From an uncultured bacterium (GTDB lineage Bacteria > Actinomycetota > Acidimicrobiia > Spongiisociales > UBA5794), in the NCBI GenBank assembly GCA_963801165.1, contig CAWDDT010000004.1, positions 608,001 through 672,000 on the forward strand: a stretch of DNA of 64,000 nucleotides, written 5' to 3'. Below, piece after piece: positions 48,446 through 57,547 of this stretch. Each line of letters begins with the position of its first letter. Within the stretch, counting starts at the first letter, position 1. The position numbers were made by a program, and so were the translations under genes. Below the pieces are notes generated by a model. The model searched no databases, was not told the origin of the DNA, and saw only the letters and a list, made by a program, of their open reading frames with translations.

Positions 48446-49669
48446 TCAGTTCAGCCCGAACAGCTCCCGAGCCTTGTAGAGCGAGGTGACGAGTTGATCG
48501 ATGTCCTCTCTGACTGTGTAGATATAGAACGACGCCCTGGTGGTGGATTGCACGTCGAGGTAGCGCATCAGGGGCTTGGCGCAATGATGACCGGCACGCA
48601 CCGCCACCCCGTCCTGATCGAGGATCGTGGCGACATCGTGGGGGTGCACGTCGCCTAGCTGAAAGCTGACAGCCCCACCCCGGATGGCAACGTCGGTGGG
48701 CCCGACGATCTGGACATCGGGGATCTCGGAGAGCCTGTCCAGGGCATAGGAGGTGATGTCGACCTCGTGCTCGCGGACAGCCGCCATCCCGATCTTCTCG
48801 AGGTAGTCGACCGCGGCGCCGAAACCCACGGCCTGTGCGATCGGTGGTGTACCCGCCTCGAATTTATGGGGTATGGGCGCCCAGCGCGATTCGTAGAGCT
48901 GGACGTCGGCGATCATCTCACCGCCACCATCCGCAGGCTCCATCTCTTCGAGGATCTCGCGGCGTCCCCACAGCCCACCGATCCCGGTGGGGCCGAGCAT
49001 CTTGTGGCCGCTGAAAGCCAGGAAATCCGCTCCGATGTCAGTTACGTTGGTGGGCAGGTGTGGTACCGACTGCGCCCCGTCGATGATGGCGATGGCACCG
49101 ATCGAATGGGCGGCCTGCACCAACTCGGTGACCGAGCCGATGGCCCCGGTGACGTTGGACATCCCGGTAACGCTGACGATCTTGACCCTGGAGTCCATCA
49201 CCTGGTCCAGGCGGGATAGATCGACCTGGTAGTTCTCGTCGAGGTCCAGGTAGACGAGCTCCGCACCCGTATGACGGGCGATGATTTGCCACGGTACGAG
49301 ATTGGAGTGGTGCTCCATCACCGTCAGGACCACCCGGTCACCCTCGTGGAGCCGGTTGAGCCCCCAGCCGTATGCGACCATGTTTATGGCCGACGTGGTA
49401 CCCCGCGTGAATACGACCTCGCTCGACGAGTCGGCCCCGATGAAGCGTGCGATCTTGGCGCGGGCGCCCTCATATGCGGACGTCGCTTCTTCCGCCAGCG
49501 TGTGGGCGCCCCGATGGACGTTGGAGTTGTAGTTGCGGTAGTAGTCGGACACCGCGTCGATAACCTGGTTTGGCTTCTGCGTGGTCGCAGACGAATCCAG
49601 GTAGGCGAGACGCTTCCCATTGATCTTGCGGTCGAGGATCGGGAAGTCGGCCCGGAGATGATCGAGCAT
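48446..49669 (-). CDS. sufS: cysteine desulfurase SufS
   Basis: YLDS.ATTQKP, NVHRGAH, MEHHSNLVPWQ, SGHKMLGPTGIG, FEAGTP, RAGHHCA.PL. Confidence 0.96.
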   Translation of the reverse strand: MLDHLRADFPILDRKINGKRLAYLDSSATTQKPNQVIDAVSDYYRNYNSNVHRGAHTLAEEATSAYEGARAKIARFIGADSSSEVVFTRGTTSAINMVAYGWGLNRLHEGDRVVLTVMEHHSNLVPWQIIARHTGAELVYLDLDENYQVDLSRLDQVMDSRVKIVSVTGMSNVTGAIGSVTELVQAAHSIGAIAIIDGAQSVPHLPTNVTDIGADFLAFSGHKMLGPTGIGGLWGRREILEEMEPADGGGEMIADVQLYESRWAPIPHKFEAGTPPIAQAVGFGAAVDYLEKIGMAAVREHEVDITSYALDRLSEIPDVQIVGPTDVAIRGGAVSFQLGDVHPHDVATILDQDGVAVRAGHHCAKPLMRYLDVQSTTRASFYIYTVREDIDQLVTSLYKARELFGLN

Positions 49670-50418
49670 CAGCCGGCTCCGACCCGGTAGTCGTCGTATC
49701 CGGTCTCCTCGATTGCCTTAGCCAGCTCCGCGTCGCCCGTTTCGACGATCTTCCCGTCGACAAAGACGTGGACGATGTCGGGTGTGATGTAGTCGAGCAT
49801 CCGCTGATAGTGAGTGATGATCAGAAAGGCGCGCTCGGGAGAGTGGAGACGCTGGACGGCCTCGGCAACGGTGCGCAGTGCGTCTATGTCGAGGCCCGAG
49901 TCGGTCTCATCGAGGATGGCGAGCTCGGGGTCGAGCACAGTCATCTGGAGCACCTCGTTTCGCTTTCTCTCACCGCCGGAGAATCCTTCGTTGAGGTAAC
50001 GGTTGGCAAACGACTGGTCCATGCCGAGCTCCTTCATGGCTTCGGCCACCTTCAGCCTCAGCTCGAGCACGGTGTAGTCGGTACCGGTGCGGTTGGAGAG
50101 GGCGGCCCGAAGGAAGTTGAGCACCGACACGCCCGGGATCTCCTCCGGGTACTGGAAACCGAGGAACATCCCGGCCCGACCGCGGGCGTCCGAGGTCCAT
50201 GCCGTGATGTCATCGCCCTTGTAGTAGATGCGTCCCTGGGTGACCACATAGCCGGGATGACCGAGTAGTACGTTCGACAGCGTCGACTTCCCGGATCCGT
50301 TTGGTCCCATCAGCGCGTGCACCTGGCCCCGCTCGATTGTCAGGTTCATGCCTTTGATGATCTCGACATCGCCCGCGGAGGCGTGGAGGTCGTCGATTAC
50401 GAGTAGAGGTGTCGTCAT
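49669..50418 (-). CDS. sufC: Fe-S assembly ATPase SufC, paralog 2
   Basis: MGPNGSGKSTL, FQYPEEIPGV, RYLNEGFSGGERKRNE, ILDETDSGLDIDAL, ITHYQR.L; leaderless TATCCT-N7-ATG. Confidence 0.94.
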   Translation of the reverse strand: MTTPLLVIDDLHASAGDVEIIKGMNLTIERGQVHALMGPNGSGKSTLSNVLLGHPGYVVTQGRIYYKGDDITAWTSDARGRAGMFLGFQYPEEIPGVSVLNFLRAALSNRTGTDYTVLELRLKVAEAMKELGMDQSFANRYLNEGFSGGERKRNEVLQMTVLDPELAILDETDSGLDIDALRTVAEAVQRLHSPERAFLIITHYQRMLDYITPDIVHVFVDGKIVETGDAELAKAIEETGYDDYRVGAG

Positions 50419-50481
50419 GAGGCGAAGGATAGCTCGGTTGTTCACGGTTCTAACCACTACGCGGCTAGTGCTATTTGGCTC

Positions 50482-51417
50482 TCAACCACTGAGGGCGCTG
50501 AGCAGGTTGGCGGCTCGTGCCATGTTGATGTCGGCCAATGGTGACAAGTGCTGGAAGTAGATGCGCCCAACGCCCTGCGCGGAATATTGCGTCACCGTCT
50601 CCGCTACTTGCTCGTAGGTGCCGTGGAGCACCCGGTGCTCTGCCAGGCGGGTCTCGAACTCGTCGGGGTCGGTGTTCCGTTCTGCGGCCGCCTCCCCGAG
50701 CACGTCCCGATATTCGGGCTCGTCCTCACCAACCAGCACAGGCGACATGATCGAGACCTTGATGCTGGACGGATCACGACCGATCTCCCGGGCGGTCGCC
50801 GTCATCACCTCGATGCGGGCGGCCAGATCTTCGGCGTTGCAGGCGAACATGTTGTACTCGTCGGCAAACCGACCGGCTATCTGTGGTGTCCTCTTCATGC
50901 CCGAGCCGCCGATGATGATCGGCAGCTGGGAGATCGGGTGAGGGAGGACATCGACGTCATCGAGCCGGTGGTGTCGCCCGGTGTAGCCACCGTCGCTCCT
51001 GCCGAAGACGGCATGGATGTAGGCGAGTGTCTCGAACAGAAGGCTGAAGCGAGTCCGCAACTCGGGGAGTTGAATGCCGAAGACGCGGTGCTCGCCTTCC
51101 ATCCAGCCGGTACCTACCCCAAGCTCGAAACGTCCTCCCGACATCTCGTCGAGCGTCGTGGCCGTCTTGGCGATTACGGCGGGGTGGCGAAAAGTCAACG
51201 GCGTGACCAGCACCGTCAGTTTGATCGTGTCGGTCTCGCGAGCGAGGCCTGCGAGGGTGGTGAGTGCATCGGTCGCCGGCATGCTCTTGTCACCGTTGAG
51301 GTAATGGTCGGACCGGGCAAAGGATGTGAAGCCTGCGCTTTCTGCACTCCTGGCGACAGCCAGCAGTTCCTTGTAGGTGCCGCCAAACTGTGGCTCGACC
51401 ATCAAGCCGAATTCCAT
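50482..51417 (-). CDS. LLM-class flavin/F420-dependent oxidoreductase
   Basis: RSDHY, DA.TTLAGLARET, TFRHP, DEMSGGR.ELGVG.GW...EH, IIGG.G..RTP. Confidence 0.88.
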   Translation of the reverse strand: MEFGLMVEPQFGGTYKELLAVARSAESAGFTSFARSDHYLNGDKSMPATDALTTLAGLARETDTIKLTVLVTPLTFRHPAVIAKTATTLDEMSGGRFELGVGTGWMEGEHRVFGIQLPELRTRFSLLFETLAYIHAVFGRSDGGYTGRHHRLDDVDVLPHPISQLPIIIGGSGMKRTPQIAGRFADEYNMFACNAEDLAARIEVMTATAREIGRDPSSIKVSIMSPVLVGEDEPEYRDVLGEAAAERNTDPDEFETRLAEHRVLHGTYEQVAETVTQYSAQGVGRIYFQHLSPLADINMARAANLLSALSG

Positions 51418-51467
51418 CGTTGTCCCTTCTTGTCGCCCGCAGGAACGTTACCGGTAGAGACCCCGGC

Positions 51468-52076
51468 TCACCAACGGCGCGCCCGCCATTCCGGGAGTGA
51501 TGGTCGCTCCGTGCCGATCGTCGTGTCGCGACCGTGGCCGGGCATGACGATCGTCTCATCCGGCAGCGTGAAGTACTCACGCTCGATGCTCTGCATGATC
51601 TCATCAAAATCTGAGTAATCGAAACGGGTGGCGCCCGGGCCGCCGGGGAACAGGGTATCGCCTGTGATCACCGCGCCGGCGGTGACGATGCCCATTGACC
51701 CCGGAGTGTGGCCGGGGGCGTGGACCAGCTTCACCTCGGTCGTCCCGATGCGCAATGTCCCTGGATTGAGGTCCTCGTCCGGCTCGATCGGACAGATGCC
51801 CCGGTCGGCGGCGTGCAGCCGGACCGGTATGCCGAGCCGTTCGGCCACCTCGCGGGCCGCGCCCACATGGTCATGATGGCCGTGTGTCGTGATGATTGCG
51901 ATCGGCTCGGTGCCGGCCGCGAGCGCAACGACGGCGTCAGGGTCTGCTGCTGCGTCGACGATGACCGACTCAGCGGTGGCAAGACACGCCACGAGGTACG
52001 CGTTGTTACCGAAGGTCCCGACCTCCGCCTTGCGGATGCCGAGTGTGTCGTTCTCGAAATGCCAGTCGTTTGGCAC
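51468..52076 (-). CDS. MBL-fold metallo-hydrolase (glyoxalase II-like)
   Basis: THGHHDH, PGHTPGS, TGDTLFPGG.G, PGHG..TTIG.E. Confidence 0.9.
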   Translation of the reverse strand: MPNDWHFENDTLGIRKAEVGTFGNNAYLVACLATAESVIVDAAADPDAVVALAAGTEPIAIITTHGHHDHVGAAREVAERLGIPVRLHAADRGICPIEPDEDLNPGTLRIGTTEVKLVHAPGHTPGSMGIVTAGAVITGDTLFPGGPGATRFDYSDFDEIMQSIEREYFTLPDETIVMPGHGRDTTIGTERPSLPEWRARRW

Positions 52077-52101
52077 CGCTACCTCTTGACCCGTGGCCTG
52101 C

Positions 52102-52776
52102 TCACCCGGTCGCCTGCAGCGACTCCATCACGGTCTGCAGGGTCGTTACCTCGGTCTCACCAGCGAGCCGGGCGGCGACTGTGCCATCTCCGTTCAGGAA
52201 CACCCAGAACGGGAACGAGCCGCCGCCATAGGCGTTGAACACGCTGTTGTTCTTGTCGTCGCGAATGTTGGGCTGGGTCCAGCCCTCGTTCTTCAGCCAC
52301 TGTGACGGTGGCCAGTTGGGTTGACCGGAATTGGCCGCTGTCGTCACCGAGATGATGTTCACCCCCTGGACGCCGCCGCCCGAGTTGATCCACGCCTGGA
52401 CTCGGGGAACTTCGGCTCGGCAATGGGGGCACCAGTGGGCGATGAACAGAACCGCCGTGGGTGTCCCATTGGGGTTGATGGCAACGGTGTTGTCGCTGAA
52501 GTCCTGACCTGTGACCTCGGGTGCCACCATCCCGACGGCCGGGTCGGCCGACAGCGTTGATGTGGCGTCGAACGCCGGCAGGGAATCACCGCTTATGACC
52601 GGGTCTCCGTATTCACCCGCGCTGCCGATGGGCTCGTTGGAGCTGAGGACGATGGCAGCGATCAACGCCACCGCGATCAGCCCGAAGACGATCAAGAGAA
52701 TGCGGCCACCGTTGCCGCCGCTCTTCTTGTTGGCTTGCGACCTGGTCGCCGTCTTGTTCTTGGTCTTGGTCGTCAT
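52102..52776 (-). CDS. membrane-anchored TlpA/thioredoxin-fold protein
   Basis: N-terminal TM; F.AHWCPHC..EVP; FPF cis-Pro loop. Confidence 0.88.
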   Translation of the reverse strand: MTTKTKNKTATRSQANKKSGGNGGRILLIVFGLIAVALIAAIVLSSNEPIGSAGEYGDPVISGDSLPAFDATSTLSADPAVGMVAPEVTGQDFSDNTVAINPNGTPTAVLFIAHWCPHCRAEVPRVQAWINSGGGVQGVNIISVTTAANSGQPNWPPSQWLKNEGWTQPNIRDDKNNSVFNAYGGGSFPFWVFLNGDGTVAARLAGETEVTTLQTVMESLQATG

Positions 52777-52898
52777 CGAGCGCAGCCTTTCCCAACCATT
52801 CCTGCAAGCTTCTCGTTGGTCGTGGACGCATCTTGGCGCATTTCCGACGGCACAAATGACGGAATGCCATCAAATGCCAACACCCGGTCGTCACCGAT

Positions 52899-53456
52899 TC
52901 AGTCGGCGACCCCGTCGTTTTCTCGCACCATCCACATCATCAACAGCACCAGAGCGAAGGCGCTCCCCGCCATGTACGGGATCGACATGAACCCGAAGAC
53001 CCGAAACAAGAACGAAGTACAGGGGACCGCGGAACTGCAAGCGGTGCCCTCCAGGTTGGGGAACCATTGAATCAGGTAGTGGTAGGTCGATATGATGCCA
53101 CCGATGATCGCCAACGGTGCGACGTACACCCTGATGTCGCGATCGCGACGGTAGGCGGCGATGCCGAGGATGATGGCAATCGGGTACATGGCGATCCGCT
53201 GGTACCAGCAGTCGGTGCACGGTATGAGGTGTGCCACCTCGGAGAGGTAGAGGCTCCCCAGCATGGCGACTCCGGCGACGATGGCGCCAAAGAGCAACTC
53301 GTAGCCTGCGAGCATCTCGTGGATTCGATCTCTCGTCTCTGCGGCGCTGGATGACCATCGGGCGGCAACTGCGGTGAGCAAGTAGCCGACCACCGCCACG
53401 TTGGCGCAGAGTGCCAGGATGGCAAAGAACAGCTTCATAGTCTGCAGATCGAACAA
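52899..53456 (-). CDS. DsbB/BdbC-family disulfide bond formation protein
   Basis: GSLY.SE....PCTDCWYQRI.MYP, second pair C....PC, SIP.MA; TTG start at 53456 behind GGAGG. Confidence 0.9.
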   Translation of the reverse strand: MFDLQTMKLFFAILALCANVAVVGYLLTAVAARWSSSAAETRDRIHEMLAGYELLFGAIVAGVAMLGSLYLSEVAHLIPCTDCWYQRIAMYPIAIILGIAAYRRDRDIRVYVAPLAIIGGIISTYHYLIQWFPNLEGTACSSAVPCTSFLFRVFGFMSIPYMAGSAFALVLLMMWMVRENDGVAD

Positions 53457-53539
53457 CGGACCTCCTCGGCGGGTCGCAAGACTAGATGCCACGGGGACAG
53501 ACGGTGACCGGTTCCCCCCGCTGCCGGTAGCATTGATCG

Positions 53540-53983
53540 GTGATGGTAGGCCTTGCGTTCGCCCTGGGGCTTCTCGTGCTCCTCATTCTCATCGGTCTTG
53601 CTTTCATGTGGCAGGGCACGATCCGGTTGCCGGGAGCGCCGGTCGCCTATGGCGTGGAGGAGTCGATCAGATACATCGCGCCCCGCCTTTCGGAGGACAT
53701 CCGGGCAAAGGTCGGTTCGAAGAGCGTGCGGCGCATCCTGGAGTGGGAGATGAACTACCTGCACGAGCGTCTGGATGCGGGCTCCGGTGAGCCGGTTGTG
53801 CTCGGCGGCGAAGAAGCGATCGGGTACGTGCTGCAACAGACCGCCAGGCAGGGGTACGAATACGACAGGGAAACCGTCGCCGAGGTGATGCGCCTCCAGG
53901 CGGAGTATATGGAATCAATAGGCGCGCTCGATCGTCCGGTCGGGAAGGATGAGATGAAGACGCTGGGATTCGACGATGGATGA
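53540..53983 (+). CDS. membrane-anchored hypothetical protein
   Basis: N-terminal TM; VRRILEW..NYL, EY.ESIGA; leaderless TAGCAT-N6-GTG; overlaps mutase start. Confidence 0.7.
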   Translation: MMVGLAFALGLLVLLILIGLAFMWQGTIRLPGAPVAYGVEESIRYIAPRLSEDIRAKVGSKSVRRILEWEMNYLHERLDAGSGEPVVLGGEEAIGYVLQQTARQGYEYDRETVAEVMRLQAEYMESIGALDRPVGKDEMKTLGFDDG

Positions 53984-55634
53984 CCGTAGGCAGGAGGACC
54001 GTAGGCAGGAGTGGGAGGATGCCTACGAGAACGGCACGAAGCGGCAAGACGCCTTTGTCACCATGTCGTTCGAGCCGGTGCCGGTGCTGGGCGCGCCCGA
54101 TGAGCCGCCCCCCGAGCACATCGGCTACCCCGGTCAGTACCCGTACACCCGGGGAGTGCACGCCACCGGCTACCGGGGGCGTCTCTGGACCATGCGGCAG
54201 TTCGCCGGCTTTGCCTCGGTTGCCGAGACCAACGAGCGGTTCCGTCACCTCCTCGATGCCGGCCAGGGCGGGTTGTCCGTTGCTTTCGACATGCCGACGT
54301 TGATGGGACTCGACGGCGACGACCCGCTGTCCCTCGGTGAGGTCGGACACTGCGGCGTGGCGGTCTCCACAACCGCAGACATGATTGACCTGTTCGATCG
54401 GATTCCCCTCGGCGACGTCTCCGTCTCGATGACGATCAACGGACCGGCTGAGGTGTTGTTCGCTTTCCTCCTTGTCGCGGCCGAAGAGCAGGGTGTGGCC
54501 TGGTCCCGGCTGCGAGGGACGCTGCAGAACGACATTCTCAAGGAGTACATCGCCCAGAAGGAATGGATCTTCCCTCCCGAGCCTCATCTCCGGCTCATCG
54601 TTGACATGATCGAGTTCTGCGGGGAGCGTGTCCCCCAGTGGAACACGATCTCCATTTCCGGCTATCACATCCGCGAGGCCGGGGCGACGGCCGCCGAGGA
54701 GCTCGCTTTCACGCTCGCCGACGGGTTCGCCTACGTGGAGGCGTGTCTCCGGCGCGGTCTCGACCTCGACGACTTCGTCCCGCGCTTGTCCTTCTTCTTC
54801 GACGCCCATATCGACTTCTTCGAGGAGATCGGCAAGTTCCGGGCGGCCCGCCGGATCTGGGCACGTTGGATGCGCGACCGGTACGGCGCAACCTCCGACA
54901 ACTCGCTGAAGTTGCGATTCCATACGCAGACTGCCGGGGTCTCACTGACCGCCCAGCAACCGGAGAACAACATCGTCCGCACGGCCGTCGAGGCACTCGC
55001 CGCCGTGCTCGGGGGGACACAGAGCCTTCACACCAACGCCATGGACGAGGTCTATGCCCTGCCGACCGCCAGGAATGCCGAGCTGGCGCTGCGGACCCAG
55101 CAGGTGCTCGCTGAGGAAACCGGGGTCGCCTCGACCATCGACCCGCTCGGTGGCTCTTGGTTCGTCGAGGAGATGACGGACCGGATCGAGGCGAGGGCAG
55201 AGGAGATGTTTGCGACCATCGAGCGGATGGGCGACGGTTCGATGCTCGACGGTGTCCTCGCCGGTATCGACGAGGGCTGGTTTCAGTCGGCCGTCGCCGA
55301 CTCCGCATACGAGTTCGAGAAGGCAATCGACACGGGAGAGCGCACCATCGTCGGTGTCAACAAGTACATCAGTGAGAACGAGGGCTCGCTCGAAATCCTC
55401 CGGATCGGCGCCGAGGTCGAGGCCGAGCACAGGGCGAAGCTGGCGCGCCTCAGGGGCGAACGGAACCAGGCTGAGGTCGCCGGCGCACTCGAGGCGATCC
55501 GTGCCGGAGCCGCAGGTGACGCCAACCTCATGGAGTTGATCGTCGCGGCAGCCCGGGTGCGAGCGACGCTGGGCGAGATCGTTGCCGCCATGAAGGACGT
55601 CTTCGGCGGATACCGGGAGCAGGCTCGTGTCTAG
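53976..55634 (+). CDS. icmA: B12-dependent acyl-CoA mutase large subunit, isobutyryl-CoA mutase type
   Basis: [17 protein letters not shown] (Phe), [14 protein letters not shown] (Gln), [20 protein letters not shown]; no cobalamin-binding domain. Confidence 0.8.
   Translation: MDDRRQEDRRQEWEDAYENGTKRQDAFVTMSFEPVPVLGAPDEPPPEHIGYPGQYPYTRGVHATGYRGRLWTMRQFAGFASVAETNERFRHLLDAGQGGLSVAFDMPTLMGLDGDDPLSLGEVGHCGVAVSTTADMIDLFDRIPLGDVSVSMTINGPAEVLFAFLLVAAEEQGVAWSRLRGTLQNDILKEYIAQKEWIFPPEPHLRLIVDMIEFCGERVPQWNTISISGYHIREAGATAAEELAFTLADGFAYVEACLRRGLDLDDFVPRLSFFFDAHIDFFEEIGKFRAARRIWARWMRDRYGATSDNSLKLRFHTQTAGVSLTAQQPENNIVRTAVEALAAVLGGTQSLHTNAMDEVYALPTARNAELALRTQQVLAEETGVASTIDPLGGSWFVEEMTDRIEARAEEMFATIERMGDGSMLDGVLAGIDEGWFQSAVADSAYEFEKAIDTGERTIVGVNKYISENEGSLEILRIGAEVEAEHRAKLARLRGERNQAEVAGALEAIRAGAAGDANLMELIVAAARVRATLGEIVAAMKDVFGGYREQARV
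53982..54011 (+). repeat. 15-bp tandem duplication GACCGTAGGCAGGAG (DRRQE x2) in mutase N-terminus
   Basis: Exact duplication 53982-53996 / 53997-54011. Confidence 0.9.
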
Positions 55635-55649
55635 GAGTGCGCTGAATAA

Positions 55650-55820
55650 TTCGAGTTCAGGTTCGATGGCATGCTCGAAGACCATGATTTCTCGGGCACT
55701 GCGAGCCTTCACCGTGATTAATCACCACCCTCCTAGCCGGTCCCAGTGGGTTCGCAGGCTTGCCGGGCAGATGTTCCTGGCGATGTATCTGACGTTGGCA
55801 CCGTCGACCGTTCCGGACTG
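55650..55820 (+). ncRNA. candidate rod-shaped structured RNA (6S/Ms1-like)
   Basis: Nested pairings AGTTC/GGACT, TCGATGG/CCGTCGA, CTCGGGCA/TGCCGGG, CTGCGAGCC/GGTTCGCAG; G-U pairs favour + strand; no credible CDS. Confidence 0.5.
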
Positions 55821-55953
55821 GCGAGCCGACCCCGGATTGCGCACCGTAGCTGTTCTGCCGATCGGGGAGCCGATGACCGGGCTCCCGCCGCTATGGCTGG
55901 ATGGGCGGTAGACTCTCGGCCCGCTTCAAGGATGCGGTTTGAAGGAGGCGTTT

Positions 55954-56391
55954 GTGTCCAAGCTGAGAGCGGTGCTCGTTGCGATCGTCGCACTCGCCAT
56001 TGTCGTGACGGGCTGCAGCAGGTCGTCGGATACAACGACTACCTCTGTCGCCGGGTCATCATCCGAGGACGTCGTCTTTGGGCAGGGCGAGCTCCCCGCC
56101 ACCATCCCCACCGGGTTTCCGCTGCCCGAAGGAAGCGCCATTGGTTCCACGATGGTGGTCACGAAGACGGGGCTCACTGAGGTCGTGATCCGCGTTGGCA
56201 CCGACCAAGGCGCCGCGGCTGACTATTTCAACCAGGCTCTCAGCCAGGCCGGGTTCACGGTCGATAAGTCGGAAGCCAATGGCGAGAGATGGTTGATCGA
56301 GTTCAGCGACGCGTCCGCCAGGGGAACCATCGAAATCTCAAAGGCGGCTTCTGGCATAAGCGACGCGGTAGTGCGCTACAACGTGCCGTAG
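55954..56391 (+). CDS. lipoprotein of unknown function
   Basis: AAGGAGG RBS, GTG start; lipobox VTGC; G.LP...P.GFPLP.G. Confidence 0.78.
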   Translation: MSKLRAVLVAIVALAIVVTGCSRSSDTTTTSVAGSSSEDVVFGQGELPATIPTGFPLPEGSAIGSTMVVTKTGLTEVVIRVGTDQGAAADYFNQALSQAGFTVDKSEANGERWLIEFSDASARGTIEISKAASGISDAVVRYNVP

Positions 56392-56484
56392 GTGACCAGG
56401 CTCTACGCAAGCCGGGCGAAGGGACGGAGAGGCAACGGCCCCGGCCGCCTTTAGACTGCGTTAACGACACATCAGGAGGAAGCC

Positions 56485-56688
56485 GTGGGTCGGCTCACCC
56501 GTTTTGAGGAACACCGGTACGTTGGGACGCGCGATGACATGGCTGTCTACGACTGCGACGATGACGCAATGCTGACCAGATTGCAGCAGCGCGCCTCCGC
56601 GGAGGAGTTGCTGCGACGGAACCTTCTGCAGGCTTTTGCGCCCGACACCGCGGCGGAGGCGGCAAACCGGGGGTTCATCCTCGCGTGA
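56485..56688 (+). CDS. 67-aa hypothetical protein
   Basis: AGGAGG RBS; GTGA overlap with next gene. Confidence 0.7.
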   Translation: MGRLTRFEEHRYVGTRDDMAVYDCDDDAMLTRLQQRASAEELLRRNLLQAFAPDTAAEAANRGFILA

Positions 56689-57530
56689 CCCGCTTCATCG
56701 ACGCCCACGTTCACCCGCCCGTTCCCGCGTTCCTCGACGGGCCACTGGCTCAGTTTCGGGCCGGCTTGGAGGAGTTCCTCGGTGTTACCTTCACTCCCAA
56801 GACGGGGGAGGAGATCGCCTCGTTCTACCGGGAACGCGACGCCCGTGCAGTGTTGCTCGGCTGGAATAGCCAATCCGGTAGCCGGAACGCATCGCTGGGC
56901 AATCGCCAGATAAAGGCACTGGTCGACATTGCGCCCGATGTGTTCTACGGCTTTGGGGCCGTCGATCCGAACGGTGGTGCCGGGGCGGTTACCGGAGCCC
57001 ATGAAGCGGCCAGGATGGGTCTTTCCGGGTTGTCGTTTCACCCTGCCGCCGAGCGCGCCGCACCACTGCCCCGAGAGAACCGCCATCTTTGGGAGACCGC
57101 GGTCGAGCACGGGCTGATCACTCTCGTCCACACCGGTTTTACCCGGCTCGGCGCCGGGCTGCCAGGAGGCGCCGGGGTGGCGCTCGAACCGGCCCACCCG
57201 ATCAACGTGGATCGGCTGGCAGCGACTTATCCCGCGATGAAGATCATCCTCGCCCACACCGGCTCCCTGTGGCTCGACGATGCAATCGCGGTGTCGATTC
57301 ACAAGCGGAATGTGCACCTTTGCCTGTCCGGGGTATCGCCCAAGTCGATGAGTCCCGACCTTCTCGAGCTGATCAGGGGGCCGCTCCACGATCGGGTGCA
57401 CTTCGGGAGCGACTACCCGTTTGGCAACCCCGACGAGTGGCTTGCGCAGTGGGAATCGCTCGGCCTCCCCGAGGAGCTCAACCGGGCGGTCCTTGTCGAC
57501 AACATCACCGCGCTGCTAGAAGGCAGGTGA
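56685..57530 (+). CDS. amidohydrolase family protein (Amidohydro_2)
   Basis: IDAHVH, FHP, HTG...G.G.PG, ILAH, FGSDYPF. Confidence 0.88.
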   Translation: MTRFIDAHVHPPVPAFLDGPLAQFRAGLEEFLGVTFTPKTGEEIASFYRERDARAVLLGWNSQSGSRNASLGNRQIKALVDIAPDVFYGFGAVDPNGGAGAVTGAHEAARMGLSGLSFHPAAERAAPLPRENRHLWETAVEHGLITLVHTGFTRLGAGLPGGAGVALEPAHPINVDRLAATYPAMKIILAHTGSLWLDDAIAVSIHKRNVHLCLSGVSPKSMSPDLLELIRGPLHDRVHFGSDYPFGNPDEWLAQWESLGLPEELNRAVLVDNITALLEGR

Positions 57531-57547
57531 GCGGTGCCGAATCTCGG

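Noticed and set aside
55760-55860. Cobalamin riboswitch on the minus strand (CGGTGCGCAATCCGG, GCCAGGAACATCTGCC) next to the B12 mutase
   Set aside because: Lacks the GGGAA core and a correctly placed GCCACTG-type element, has no downstream gene on that strand, and G-U pairing favours the + strand.
56450-56465. Third copy of the TTAG...TTAAC operator
   Set aside because: Spacing is 10 rather than 11, no further phased units, and TAGACT is explained as a -10 element.
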